Shown: one piece after another, positions 11,262 through 26,100 of the stretch | Numbering within the stretch: position 1 is the stretch's first letter | How the letters are laid out: every line of letters begins with the position of its first letter | Source: Phoronis australis | Lineage: Eukaryota > Animalia > Phoronida | DNA: 64,000 nucleotides | Direction of reading: 5' to 3' | Assembly: GCA_002633005.1 (NCBI GenBank) | Contig: NMRA01000065.1 | Coordinates: forward strand, 174,420-238,419 | Program-made: the position numbers and the translations under genes | The notes under the pieces: model-generated | Told to the model about the DNA's origin: nothing | Seen by the model: the letters and a program-made list of their open reading frames with translations, nothing else | Databases searched by the model: none

Positions 11262-12941
11262 AGGAGCATGCCACCCAAAAAACAACCTAATTTGTATCAA
11301 TTTAGATCAAGTAGTTCTACTCCATAACTACACGTACGGTTGCGTTACCTGACACCTGACGGCAGACAGAGGTGTTGAAATTATCCAATGACGTCATCGG
11401 TTTCACACACAGTCTGTTCAGCAGTTCACAACACGGGTTACTGGTGTAAGCTTAGCGCTTGAAGTCATCGTTTAACACCAATAAATCATCAAACTTCGAT
11501 GTAAAACCCTTAAAAATACACCGAGTTCTTATAAAAACGTGTTGTTTTATTTCGCTCTTACGGATTTATTGGTATTTGGACACACCGTAGCCTACAAAGT
11601 TCGGCAGGCCAATAAGCTCGGTAGCAGGAGTTTGGGGTCTGTTCGGAGATAATTTCGAAGTATTTTTCGTGAGATACAGACAGGAGAACCTAGATCTGTG
11701 TTGTTTAGACTAACGATTTTTTGAGTTCTAAACACAAAACGCTAGTTATCCTGGCCAGTGGCTCGGAGCCCGATCAGGCCCGTCGCGGCCGGCCGGATTG
11801 ACTTGATATCCTGGCCAGTGGCTCGGAAACTGATCAGACATTACGAACATAAACCAGCCAAAGTTCAGTGGAAACTAAGCTTCGAGTCAAAAAATACTAT
11901 ACTTGTGAGCCAAAGTAATGTGCACGTGATTATGTTGGTGAATTAGCCACGAAACTGCAAATCTACTTACTCGTCGGGGGCCGCGAAATCACTCGGGTTC
12001 CGCTTTGGCCACAGCACCGTCAGGGCAGAAGTTGTATATTGACAATCATTATCATGTTGAGTAATGTAAACGTAAATAAAGATTCCCGTAACACCTGGCC
12101 ATGGGATGGAAATCGAGTTGTTTTACAACAGTTTCTGCCAGCAAACACTAAATTAGCATGAGCTCACACGGCCTCGGTGACCCGTTAATTAGTTTTATTG
12201 CACCTAAAGCCAGTAACGCAGTGATTTATTCATTACTGGCTTCTCAAATCATTTGCACTCACGAACACTCCAAAGGCATTACAAATTGCATCTAATGAGA
12301 CAGACTTTGTTTCAGTTGGTTAGGGTGAGAATAATTCATTTTGAAGCAGAACGCTCAGTAATAAACGCCAACATGGCAACTCGCAAGCCGGACTTAGGAC
12401 GAGCTAGAGCTCATCATTCCCGACTTCGCAGGTGGATCGTTAAGTTTGACAGGCTTTCAATTCGAACAGGAATACAGTGATGAAGAAACACTAGAGAGGC
12501 GCCGTGAACAAGCTCAGACAACGGAACGTATGGAGTTATTTGGTAAGCCGGCATTCGTCACTGAGGCCACTGTCAACGTCTGCAGGCCACAGACACGGAG
12601 ATGTTTCACGGCCTCATACTTGCTATTTACAGCGTACATTTCATTCTTCACTACCATGAGCCACTTCCTAAGCATTTCGGACTCTCGGGGAATTAAAAAA
12701 AAAAAACGATATACCCGCTTTCCTCGCACCTGCTTAGTTCGGACAAGCGGGAACGATGCACCGCAATATAGTGGCATTCACTCTGCATATAAACCACTGA
12801 CGTCGCTAGCGTTGTTTCTCAACTTCCTCACAGGTTAACGCGACACCTCTTGGCAAGGTAAGGTCGACCGCATGCGAGGCGATGTGGATATAGACCGATT
12901 AAGACGGCAAAAAGACTAAGTAAATCGGGTGGCATTCTCCT
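11262..12941. mobile_element. Kolobok non-autonomous family B, copy 1
   Basis: TIRs AGGAGCATGCCACCC and GGGTGGCATTCTCCT, flanked by TTGA and TTAA. KolX remnant on plus (FQFEQEYSDEE, 12446); THAP remnant on minus (12777-12585, ...LRKWL..VKN...HLRVCG). Confidence 0.85.
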
Positions 12942-14193
12942 TTAAGGTGTAACTTAATTCAAACAACGATTTGAATTTATTAAAAAAAAGAGATTTCTTG
13001 TCTTAGATTGCTCAAATCGAATCCACTGAATTCACAATCCCACTCAACAACATAACATAATCCCAATCTAATGAAATGCAGCGGGGTGTGATGATCTTGA
13101 AATTATCGTGGTTTTGAGAAATTCAGCGTGACGCTGTTTCATATAAAATAGCAGAAATGAAATCGTGACCCCTCAGTTTTTCTCTTATTTCATAGACAAC
13201 GCGATGGCCGATAAAGTAATACATACAATACAAAATAACCCTGTAATGTTTTTGCAGAAGTTAAAACCTTAAAACTTGACTTAATCAAAAATCCCGAAAA
13301 ACCTATATGCATGCATGTACTTACACCGACGTAAAAATCGGTAAGACTGGGAAATCTAAATAAAGTCTATATAAAAAAGACATCGTGCAACGTTTTCATA
13401 GGAATTTCAAGTTGTTTATTTGGAAAAACTGATTCAGTTATCCCCACATTTTGATCAGATTTGTAGCAGGCAAAGACCAAAAACAAAACACGCACATTAA
13501 AAAAGCAACGAGGAATCAGAACTTAAAGGAGAAACGTCTCGTCTTATTTGATTCCCACACAACTTAACTTATTTCATAATAGCAGCAACAAAATATAATC
13601 TCCATTAGCAAGGTAAATCGTGAATTTGAAACTGGTGCGCTTTTGAGATCAAAATGCGCATTTTTCGGTGACAATGTACGAGTGAACTACCTCAGACGTC
13701 AATGATCTCCCAATTTTTAATTATTTCACAGAAAACACGAGGAACGTCAAAATAAAACACAAAAATTGTAACCTTCTGCAGTGTGCTAAAATTTGAAGTA
13801 CTTGAAATCCAGAAAGAACGACGTACGGAAATCAGTATACCCGGGTATTTATGGATTGACTTTCTTCTGTCAACACATTCACGAGGCACTTGTGCCAAAA
13901 ACTCTTCATTAATGGCACGGAGACAGTGAATACTATTTCATCGTTCCAACCTCAACAACCAATTTCTTCAGTGATTGTCGTTTAGATTGGACACTTTAGT
14001 ACATGCAAGTCCCGAACTTACTCGCAATGCCCTCACCTTTCACTTGCGTGATTTTGCGTGGTCTTGCGTGATCTTTCTTTTTCGCGTGATGCACGTAGGC
14101 CTACTGCGTGGCACCAATGTGCTACTGTACATGTATAACGTTATACATATAGCTCATTGGTGACACTAAATATTAATCTGTCGCTGCAGTCTC

Positions 14194-17100
14194 ATGTCAG
14201 ATAACGACCCACTCAATTCACTGTCCAACATGGCCTCACGCGACAAGTCGCCTCTGGTGCCCCATCAGTCAACGATATTATGTGAAGAAGAAGGACGGAA
14301 CAATAGCATCAACGCAGCTTCCAACGATATCAGTAGCCAAAGAACTGACGACGAGGAAACAGGCGTATATAAAAGAAGATGGTATATGTTATTTCTTTTT
14401 CTTTTGATGGGGTCACTGCAGGTAATCGTCTGGAATACGTGGGGTCCTATTGAGGAAGCAGCAAAGCTGGCGTTCAAATGGACCTCGTATGATCTGTTCA
14501 TGATGCCGAACTGGGGAAATATTGCCTATATGATTACGATGGTGCCTGCCTCGTGGCTGATGGATGTGAAAGGTACTGAGTAATACATAGAATTGATTTG
14601 CTCTGTCAAAGCCCAACCTGTAATTTCTACTCGGACTCAAATTTAGTCTTTGTGAAAATTTATACAACCTGTTCTGTGATCTAAAGATAACCCACATTTT
14701 ATGCCCGAATGAAGTGATTTTGATAAATGAGCGCATGACATCTTGTCAAAGTAGGCGCTACCGACCATAAGATTCAACTTGCACAAATCTACTCGATTTC
14801 AAACTCCATTTGTGAGATTGATTCTTGAATTATGTGGATAAAACATTGGATAACTTATTTGTCTTCCTCAACTGTTTCTGCTGAAATCAAATAACCAAAT
14901 GTTGAGGTCATGCTAAAGCATAACAGAAAATATCGAAACTTGATCGATGTGGTTTGTGCTGATAAGTGTCCAGCTGACTACAGAATTTATGTCGCAGAAT
15001 CCGAATTCGAACTAAAATTGTCGAGGTTGAAATCTAGATTAGACATTAAATCTGGGAGCATTCAAGTGCCAATAGAGATGATGTAGATCTAGTTAGCCGC
15101 TTAATTTGCTCGACCGCGTATATAATGATACCCTCAACATATAATCACTAACGGCTTATCTTGATTTCCTACTGAAGCAAAACAAAAATTATCAAAACAT
15201 TTCAGATTTTGAGTTCGAGTTCTTTTGGTTCCGGTCCAGGGCTCTTTTGAACTTCACCTATTTCCTCCGTCACTAACAGACATTTATCGTGTGCCAAAAT
15301 TTTACACTCTATCCAATTAAGTGTTTGGGTACGCATGTGGATATATGCTAGCCGCACCTATTATAATGTTGAACGTGCCTTTAGTCTAGACGCATTTCTG
15401 GAAAATGTGCATGTTAGAGGCATTTTTTAGTAAAAGTGGCGAACCTGTCTTTTTAGCATAATTATGGTATGCTGATTTCGATTATGCCTGTTCCATCTGT
15501 GACCATCTAATTTGCATAAACAAAATGACCGCCAAACCAACAAGATAAGAAACATTCGTAAGACCAGGAGTACAATATGTGACGTCTAATTAGGAAATTT
15601 TTGCTTCAAAAACATAATATAAGTGTGTTTAGATCACTTAAATTTAAGAGCATATTAAAGAACGTCATTAAATTCCCCAATTATGCTAATTAGCTTCCGC
15701 CATTACCAAAAAATTCAAATTTCGGTGTAACTTTATCAATTTGCAGGCAAACATGACAACTAAGGTGTAGAAAAATCATTATGACACATATGAAGCTTTT
15801 TATTTCATCTTCACTAAGTTACAAATGCTCATTAATAAAGTCTGAAAATTAAATTAGAAATCATAATTATCAATGCTTTTTTGCGAACATCTTACTATTT
15901 AGATAAGACATAAAAGTATTGTAAACATAACAACATGACTTTTAAATACTGTTGCAAAGAAATGCATGGCCATATCGTCCCATTTTGGACAGGAACATAC
16001 CGTACTCAGAGTCGACCAAGCACTCTGCTGCAGATTAATGGAGCTTACGTGGTCGGTCCCAGAATACCAAAATATGTTAATACAGTACCTCGTTAATGGT
16101 TCTTCACTATCAATGAAATTTATCAAGGCCATAGAAGATCACATGAGTGATTCCGGAATAGCTGAGGTGTGTATAGAGAGTGCAGTACTTGGTCGAGACC
16201 TATGGAACTGGTCCTCAGTGGAAAGTCGTACAGCAAAGCTACAGTATGAGGGCACACAAACTGTCTTTTCAAGCTCTGTGGCATCTCCTGCATGTGCCAA
16301 GCCTTCTCTCGTTTATTGCAGAAGCGACTGTCATGCTTGTATTACCAGTATGTCTGCAGATGATGATCCACAGAAAATTTCGGAGTTTTTAACATTTCTT
16401 TAATTAGGATAAGTTCAGGAAACTCCTGGGAATTTTGTCAACAGTAGTTCTGATTATGTGAATTTCAGCTTCTGGTGGAGTTACATGTACATGGTTCCAG
16501 TATTGTTAAAGTACACATGCTCTCTACGGGATGGTATTTTGGAACTGCATCTCTATTCATTTACGCTCGTGCTGCCTCACCGAATTATGCCCGAGTGGGG
16601 CGCGGTCTTTTTAGCGGAGATACATCAGCTTCCACAGTCTGTTTGGTCAGAGTTTCAAGCAGGAAATTTTGTAGTCAAGTGATCTCCTCATATGGTCTGT
16701 CAGGAAGATTCTGACCAGTGGGTAAATGGGGCAGGCAAAAAGGACGTGGTATCATCGGTAATACCAAAACCTTGTCAGCTCTATGGAGGTGGACACTCTC
16801 ATTTAATCTGAAATCTCATATAGCTGAACAAACTTACTGCTGTGGGAGTACATAGTTTCATAACGAAGCCACGAGGCAACTGTTGAGAGTTCCCTTCTTT
16901 ACGCATTCCATGGATTGAAGGTCTTCTCGTCCGCAAAGCCTTAGCTGCTACAAAGCCTTGCAACAAAAGACCTAGCAACAGCACTAATCCAAGAGTCACT
17001 TTTACATGCCAAGGAACTTGGACACGAACAAACTAAGAAATTTGTTCGAGACCGATTATCACTGAGCAATGCGATAATTCAGACATGTCAATTCACGCGC

Positions 17101-20100
17101 CTATGCGCAAAAATAATGCCCCAACATTTGCCAACTTACATGATGTGGTGAAACAATCCAAAGACAAAGACAAGAAAATAGTTCTTAAGGCAGAGAGAGA
17201 TATACTTCGCTGCCTAGCTACGGCTTATGAGGTGGGTCGGCCAGTTGATTTGCCGTCTGTGCTCAAACGCGAGCTTCTTCCCGTCCATGTTTTCTTACAG
17301 AAACGAGTGGCACATTGCGCACTGGAGATAAATCTTCACTTGCCGAAGTATTAATAGTTAACACATCGACTGTCCTAAAAGAATTCAACTTCATGGCTCG
17401 CCCGCTTGCCTCATTTTTGATGGCGAAGCATTGCTGGTAGCTCTTGGGAAGCTTGATGGTGATGTGACCTTCGAGAACCTGACTGATTCATTCATGAAAA
17501 CAGTGCTAAACACAGGATTTCGATATCATAAAATTGACATTGTATTTGACAGATACAGACAAGAAACTGTGACATACACAACAGGAAAACAGCTTAGTAA
17601 AGGAATACAGAAAATCAGGTGATTTTTGGAAGGCCGTGGTGTATCTCTTCCTCAAAACTGGTCAAATTTACGGGCACTGGCTGAGAATAAAGAAGACCTA
17701 GCACATTTCTTGTCAGAGGAATTGTGTTTGTAAACGCCTGAAGATAAAGAGTTTATGGTTGCAGGAGGGTTCAAAGATGAGCTGGAGGTAAATTAAATCA
17801 TCTAAGGATATGACTGATTTGAGGACTCTGAAATCCACACATGAAGAAGCAGATCCAAGACTGGTACTGCATGCTCTCCACAGTCAGTCGTATTTCCAGG
17901 GACACCCGATGTTCTATTGTTTCTGGTATCGCACTTCCAACAAATGCAAAGTGGGCATATCTGTATGTCAGGCACATCAAAGAAATGACTATATATACCT
18001 ATTGAAGCACTTTTCAACAAACTACTAAGAGACTCAGCAACATCCTTGTTTGCTTTTCATGCCGTGACCGGGTTTGGCACCAACTCGTACTTTGCCAATC
18101 ATCATGGAAGGTGTTCCTAGAGTATCACAGATTGCTTAAGAACCCATGCATTGGTGAAATCACTGAGCAAATTACGATGGCTTCAGAAGTATTTGACTGC
18201 AGAATATACAACACGACCTGTAGATGTAGCACGCCATTTACTATTCTCCAAGCCCGTGAACCCAGAAATCCTTCCCCCTCACCCATAATGCCCGCTGTTT
18301 CCATCTGATGAGAGTGCACTATCAGGTCAAGGTATGGCGAAATGATCATTGTTCCATACCTGAGCTCCCAGCACCCTCTGATATGGGAGGAACACACACA
18401 AACTTATGCTTGCAGCCCATACTGATGACACAGAGTTCTATCCCAGACAGCTTCCTAGAGATGGTATTGTGTGCATGCCAGAAACAACGCAACAGCAGAC
18501 AATGCATATCATTATGCTCATGCCAGCAGCACATTCCTTGTATGCAAACAGTTTGATTTGCCTGGTTTAGGCATGTTAAAAAGTACCAAAAATTGAATGC
18601 TAAAACTGTGTTCAGCAGGCCTGAAAATAATTCATGCAACTGAGAGTTTAATGTCTTCAATAACAATAACTATATTAATTTTTTATGAATGTCTTTAGCA
18701 TGTTTGTTGACCATGATAATATAAGTATAAACAACTCATTTTTCAAGTTAGCCTGCAGGAACACAAACTTAAGACGCAAATTACATTGCATGGTAATGGC
18801 GGCACCTAATTTGCATAATTAGTTTTCAGAATTGCCTTGTTTAGTATTCATAAGTGATGTATTGCTCAAGAAGTATTTATTAGAAGTGTGCAGGTGAGAC
18901 ATTTCACCATTTTGAATGGTATATGGTGATTTCTATTGCAAAAATACATCTGAACTTGACAATTTGGCCGCCATTTTGTTTATGCAAATTAGATGGTTAA
19001 AAATGCAAAATTCGGCTTGGGAACAGGGTTAGTTGAATTCACCATACCTTGATTGTGTGAAAAAGTCTTGTTCCCAACTTTTACTAAAAATGCTTCTAGA
19101 ACCTTATACAGGGCTCTTTTCAGGAAATGCGTCTAGACTATTATGGAATGGATTCTTGAAACGAACAACGATTTGTTATTCAATCGATTGCATTTTCCAG
19201 GCTTGCGGTGGTCAGGTGTTCTCTGCACCCTGTTGTTGGCATTATCCGCTGGACTGCGTTGTATTCCAGTCGACGGAAGATCTGAAGCATTTCTGTGGTA
19301 AACCGATTATATTGCGAACTCGATTTAATCGTATCAGTTATTGGTATTAATCAGATATCTGTGCAGTCATTTTAATCATGTATTGTTGCCTATTATGTTC
19401 TAATTCCTTGAAAGACATTCGCGAGTGAAAGCAATAGTGCTTGTAATGCGCGGTTATATCTCGCAAAGACTTGCGTGATGTCACATATCTTGCTCTATGT
19501 AAGGCAGACCGGATTTTGTTCAATAACTTGTATTCTGTGATCCCTTGCCTGACGTAATAAGTAATGCAGTACGGTAGAAATTGATGCAACGGATGAATGC
19601 TCATTTGTTTTTATATTACCAGTCTTTTAGTCTTTTTCAAACTCACCGCAACCACACGTTTACCTTTAACACAAGGCCTGCGCTTTCTTTGCTGAGCCAT
19701 CCGATCAGTTCTTAGTGACGACTTGCGACTTACGGACCAATCGGACATCTTAGCCTGTTGACCTGGCAGAACCAGCAAAGGGAATCATGTGGAACCATTG
19801 GTTTCCTTTCACATGAGCATGCATTCGTGAAAGGCCATAGTTTTCGGTGTTATAATGTTCATTTTAAATTCATAAATGTTTGTTGCTGCACTGTTTGTAA
19901 ACGTGAAACTTAGATCAAGTAAAAATTAGGTTGATAATCAAATGTTGCACACCAATTCCAAAATAGATCGCATAATTTACTATTTGTGCGAAAAATAAAG
20001 TCTAAAGACACACTCCCTGAAACGTTTGATATATTCACTTTGTAAAATCAAACGTCTTAAAGTTCCTGAAACCTCGACACAAAAAGTCAGCCCCTGTGTA

Positions 20101-23100
20101 ATTCGAGGTGCTAAGTTTTCCTAAGGAGGAGTTTTAATTGAGAATTAAATTTTCTTACTTTAAAGAGACATTACCTCTTATACTACAGAAATGCGAATTT
20201 GCGGATTGTTGTTGGATGACGTAGCTTTTTGAAGTTATCAGCTTTGAACAGAACTTGAAAACAACACAATCCGTTGTTTTAAGATTTTATTACAAAATAA
20301 CGAATTCTCACCGTTGTCTGCCAGACATTTTCTGGAATCAAGTCAGGTTTCTTTGCCATGTAAAACGCTTAAACTACAGTGCTACATGTACATATATTTA
20401 ACGCATCAGATTTGGCTTACCGGAAGAGAATTTGGTTCTAGCGGAGTTAGTGGGTGGAGTTTCGCCACTGCTAATTTATGTAAAATTACTTTTCTTGCCG
20501 GGTGTCCATTCAATGTATTGAGAAATATTACTATTTTATATAAAAGTGTATTTTTCATCATTCGCCAGTGCTTAATTTATTGATCTCAGGCGTCAATCTG
20601 TAACATGATATGGTGAATATATAATACACTCGTTGATCTGTAACCTACTTACATTTATCGTTGCAACACGTCTGCGAAATGCCTATGCATACATGTATTA
20701 CTAGTGCAGGAATACCTTGCATCAAACCAAATTGACCATAAAAGGTTGATCTAAATGAAAGTTTTTGGTCGAATTTTTAAGTTCCCTTCTTATGGATGAA
20801 ATTAATTACACAATGGTCTTCCTCCTGGGCGTGTTCAAAATGGTGACTTTTGGGAGATGTAATTTTGCACGTAAGGCGTCATTTTGGACGAGTGAAATTA
20901 AAACTTCTGACTTTCAAATTGACACGCTGCAATTGGTACATAGTTTTAGTTTATTTCAGGCTATAGTGATTTCAGAGTTTATAAACCCGTCTCATCATTT
21001 TTAGGATAGTCTATATTGCCCAAATTATAAATGGCGTGGCTGGTACCTTTCCACTGGCAGGACCTGCATTATTCTCATCCACATGGTTTCCTCAGAACCA
21101 ACGCGCTACTTCGACAGCGCTAGCGGTCGCCGCACCTACGTTTGGTGCTGGGATGTCTTTTATTTTAGGTGAGAAATATGCTCCAAATTTGAATGTTAAT
21201 CTCACTGTACTGCGAACACCATCATGAGCATTGTGAACGTAAACCTCACTGTCCATTCTTTACTTGGGGTTATCCTTTAGCCGGTAGGTTTGTGCAATTT
21301 ACCATAAGGCATTGGCTTTACAGGGTGTGCCATCCAGTATCATGAAAATATGGACCGATCCCGAGGGTGACGTCAGGTCACATGGACCAGTGTTGCCCGA
21401 TGCCGCAGGCCTTGGAAACAATGCCCCCTGTCGCCTATGTGACCTGATATGCTCGAAGGGTCAATCTAACCTGTATTACCTCTGGTGGTCTTTTCCACTG
21501 GATTTTCCCTTACGTAGGTGATTGGCGTGTTCTTACCTCTTTTGATGAGTTGTCATCGTCTGCTCGCTTTGTTCATAGAGTAAGAGAGTTTCAGACTGCT
21601 GGCCGCAACTCCAGACTATTTCATCTTGTGGCTAAATATGTCTCGAAGAGAATGATACTCGAAAATTGCCCGCATATTAAGCTGCGCATTTTTGTTCAAA
21701 AACATATTTTGATTTAACATCACTGAGGTACAGGTGGACATAACCTGCTTCTTTAGGCAATCACCAGTTCTGAAATTAAGAAGATGCAGTTATGGGTCGT
21801 GCTACGGGAAATCATTACATAGATCTATACATTTCAAATCTCAAAATTATGTGGCCAGATTTGGGCAAAAATCAGTGATTGTTTGAAGAATGTCGTTCTA
21901 TAGAACAGAAATCATGGCAGTAGTTTCTTTGTAATTAGTAATTACACGATCTAATCTGGTCTCTGGCTGCACTGTCATAAACCCTATGCGGCAACTACTA
22001 ATTGTTGTCATTAACAAATTGATTGAATAAAAATAGAACTTATAATCGAGGAAATCTTCAGCTTTCTAGTTCTGTCGATATCCAATACCAACAATTCAAG
22101 CTTCAGCGGATACCAAAATACATCAAAATTTAAACTTAAGAGTGTTACTTGCAGTTGTTTTCACAACAGAGATTTTTTGTGAGTATAGTAAGGGCATACG
22201 TTCTGCTGCTAAATAGTCGTTACTGAATTGACTGGTTAAAATCTGCTTCAAACCCATGTTTTTTATTTCAGGCCCCTTAATGATTCGGGATATCAATAAA
22301 AAGCCGTATGATAATGAGACAAGGTAAGTACTCGTTGCTCAATACAACGCGCACCCACAGTCGCCTTCAGTCTAATGCTGCTAGTACGTATTACACTAAT
22401 ACCTGTCCTAATACCTGTGCGCTTCCATTTCCTTCGCCCCATCACAGGTATTTAACTAGCATAAATACATGTATAATGAGAATAAGCAGTTGACTAGAAC
22501 TGCTGATTTAGAGAATTATTCAGAGCTCAATTTGCAACTGACCGGCATGCAAACTTCACTTTGTGTGTGCGCGTGCATATCTATGTGTCTCTGTGTTGTG
22601 CGTGCGTTTCTGTGTGTGTGCGTGTTTGCGTATGTGCGTGCGTGCATGCATGTATGTATATGTATGTATATTTTAGTATGTTGTTTTTTCAGCGTCACTA
22701 CGACAACTACGTCCACTCATGAAGCACTTGGTAAGATTTGTTTTTCAAAACAATTCTCATTAAACGTGAGTTCCTGAAACTGGAAGTGGTGTTGCGCGTG
22801 TATTTAAAACGACACTTAGCCTAATGTTTACCAGCATTGTTTTGTGTCATTTAAAAGCTGTCATTGGTGGCTAAAATTCATTGACAGAAAGCAGTGCATT
22901 GTTACCTTATCCAACCCTCAGTAGTTTGGAACAATTTAAAAGCTCCTTACAAATTTCGTTAAAGTAGCTAGCGTGAAAAGCGAACTGGGAGACTTACCGG
23001 CTGCGGGAAAAACAACTAGACCTACATATTTCACTTAGCGAATACTTTTGCTGAAGAATGCCTTTCTTCTCATGTCAGATTATAATTATACTATAGCGGG

Positions 23101-26100
23101 TGACAGAACCACTTCGATGTAACAATACAATTATCATTTTAGCATTATTTCTACAATGCACTGTTGGTTTCGCAAAACTGTTGACATCATTACGAACAGT
23201 TGGCAAGCTGATTCATTCGGTCCTGTTAATTACAGGTGCTGTAAACACGCCTCGTGGCAATAACTAGCTTCCGATTTAGGCTAACAACTGTTTCAAAAAA
23301 TGGCCTACTTTGTACCTTACCTAGATTAGAAGGGACCACGATACGGACTTCAGATCATGCACAACGTTTTCCTGAGTAACTGGACGTGACCAACTGTTGA
23401 CCCTGGTGTCAAGCGATCCCAAATTAATATATTTTCCCTAACCTAGGCATCATTTCCACTGCTAGTAATGAAAAAGGTGTAACCATCTGCATGAATCTGT
23501 ATAGGTATGTGGCCCAAGTCAAAGGCCATTCTCTTGACCGAAACCGAGTTTAGAATGGGTTTAAGTTCACAAGAAGATTACAACGAAATAAATATTCGGA
23601 TGGTGCATTCTTAGTCCTTCTGTTGCGAAACATGGGAGATATATGGCTGTGATATAAATGAGTACACAAGTGATCAAAATGGTGTCTTGCGACTAGGCTA
23701 AGTAACGCATTTCAGACGCTGTAAACGAAGTTACGCACGACATAATGGTGTATCTTTATATACGTGAGTAAACTGCACTGGTGGCGGTGGCACAAACAAA
23801 CAAGGGTTCACAAGTTTTTAAATTTAAAACACTACACCAAGCACAGAAACTTCGTCCAACTTTCATTAATCTCGCTATAAACAATATTTTGGAGATGGGG
23901 TCTAATCTTTGTGCTCGAAACTCAACTCCAAAATTTTCGTTTACATATTACTTTTTTACCTTTGTGAGAGCTCAAATGTGTCTTTCAGTTGATCCATTCT
24001 CTAATTCTGGTGTCTAAGACGGACCCAGTTGACAATGACGAAGCACACAATCACCAAATAGGGATAAAGGTCTCTTTTAGCAACCGAATTACGTTGCCTG
24101 TAACGATACTTCCAATTTTAGCGGTTGTTTCGAGCCCTGTTCTATGAAACACACTGGTCAACGCCGTATATGCAAGTCTGCTATACTTCTGATATATAGA
24201 AACTTACCAACGACTTTAAAAGGAGAATGCACCAGATTTAATTAGTCTCTTTTACCGTCTTAATGGGTCTATATCCACATCGCCTCGCATACGGTCTACC
24301 TTACCTTGCCAATAGGTGTCGCGTTTAACCTGTGAGGAAGGTGAGAAACGACGCAGCGACGTCAGTGGTTTATTTGCAGAGTGAATGCCGCTGTGTTGCA
24401 GTGCATTGTTTCCGCTTGTCCGAACTATGCAGCTGCGAGGAAAGTAGGTATATCGTTTTTTCGACTTCCTCGAGTGTCCGAAATGCTTAGGAAGTGGCTC
24501 GCGGTAGTGAAGAATGAAAAGTACGCTGTTAATAGCAAGTATGAGGCCGTCAAACATCTCCGCGTCTGTGGCCGGCAGTAGTCGACACTGAGTCTGACGA
24601 ATGCCGGCTTACCAAAGAACTATCCGTTCAGTTGCCTGTGTATGTTCACCGCGCCTCTCTAGTATTTCTTGATCACTGTATTCCTGTCCGAAACTTAACG
24701 ATCCACCTGCGAAGTCTTCGTCGGATGAGCTATCGTCTGTCGGGATTGCGAGTTGCCACTGTTGACGTTTGCTGCGTTGTGTTTCAAAATGAATTATTCT
24801 CACACGAACCAATGCTAATATAAAACTGAAACAAAGTCTATCTCATTAGATAAAACTTGTAATGCCTTTGGAGTATTCGTGAGTGCAAATGTTTTGAGAG
24901 GCCAACAATGAATAAACCACTGAGTTACAGGCTTCAGATGCAACAAAGGTAATTGACCGAGCACCGAGGCCGTGTGAACCCATGCTAATTCAATGTTTAC
25001 CGACAGAAAGCTACTGTGAAACAATAACTCGATTTTATATGCTATGGTCATATGTTAGGGGAATCTTTCAATTCACTTCATTGTTACTGTACAACTCGTT
25101 TTGCCCTGACGGTTGTGTAAAAAGGCGACTTGATTTCGCGGCCCCCGACGAGTAAGTAGATTTGCAGTTTCGTGGCTAATTCACCAAAATAATTACGTGC
25201 ACATTATTTCTTTAGCTTACTAGTATAGTCTTTTCGTGAGTGGAGGTTTAGTTTCCAACTTAAGCTGGTTTATGTTCGTGTTGTCCAGTCCCGGCGGCCG
25301 CGACGCCCCCGATCGGGTTCCGAGGCATTGGCTGGGATAACAAGCGTTTTTGTGTTTAGAACTGAAAAAAATCGAAAGTCTAACAGTGTGAAACAACTAT
25401 CTTACATGTCTGTATTTCATGGAAGAATGATTCGAATTTATCACCAAACAGACCCAAACTCCCCCGATCGACCAATATAATTTGGCCTACCGAACCTAGT
25501 AGGAGTCTACCCTCCTTGACCGAACTGATCCATAGGCTACCGTACGTTCAAAGACCTATAAATCCGTAACAGTGAAATAAATCAACGCGTTTGTTCAAGA
25601 ACTCGATGTATTTGTAAGGGCTTTACATCGAAATTTGGTGATTTATTGGTGTAAAACGATGCATTCAAGCGATAAGTTGACATCAATAAGCATGTTCTGA
25701 ATGGTTGAAAAGACTGCGTTCGAACCTATTACGTCACTGGTTAATTTCAACATCTGCCGTCAGCTGTCAGGTAAAACAGCAGAACTTGATCTTATCGAGT
25801 GGAAGTACTCGATCTATATTGTTAAAAAAATATCTTGTTTTTTGGGTGGAATTCTCCTTTAGGCCAATTTTAACTGTTGTAAAGTCATATTGAGTATTAG
25901 CAATGGTGAGCATCCATAGTTTCAGTTGCCAAATTCACTGCGCGACTCTTCACAAAATTCGAGTAGTTAATTAAGGCATTTTAATATCTTTCTGCGGTGG
26001 AATGGCGCCAACATGTGCTGTTTTTGGTTTAATAAACCACTTCGTTCCCCTTTTACTTTAGTTTGAAGTTGTTAATTGTGACCGGCCGAAGCAGCGCATC

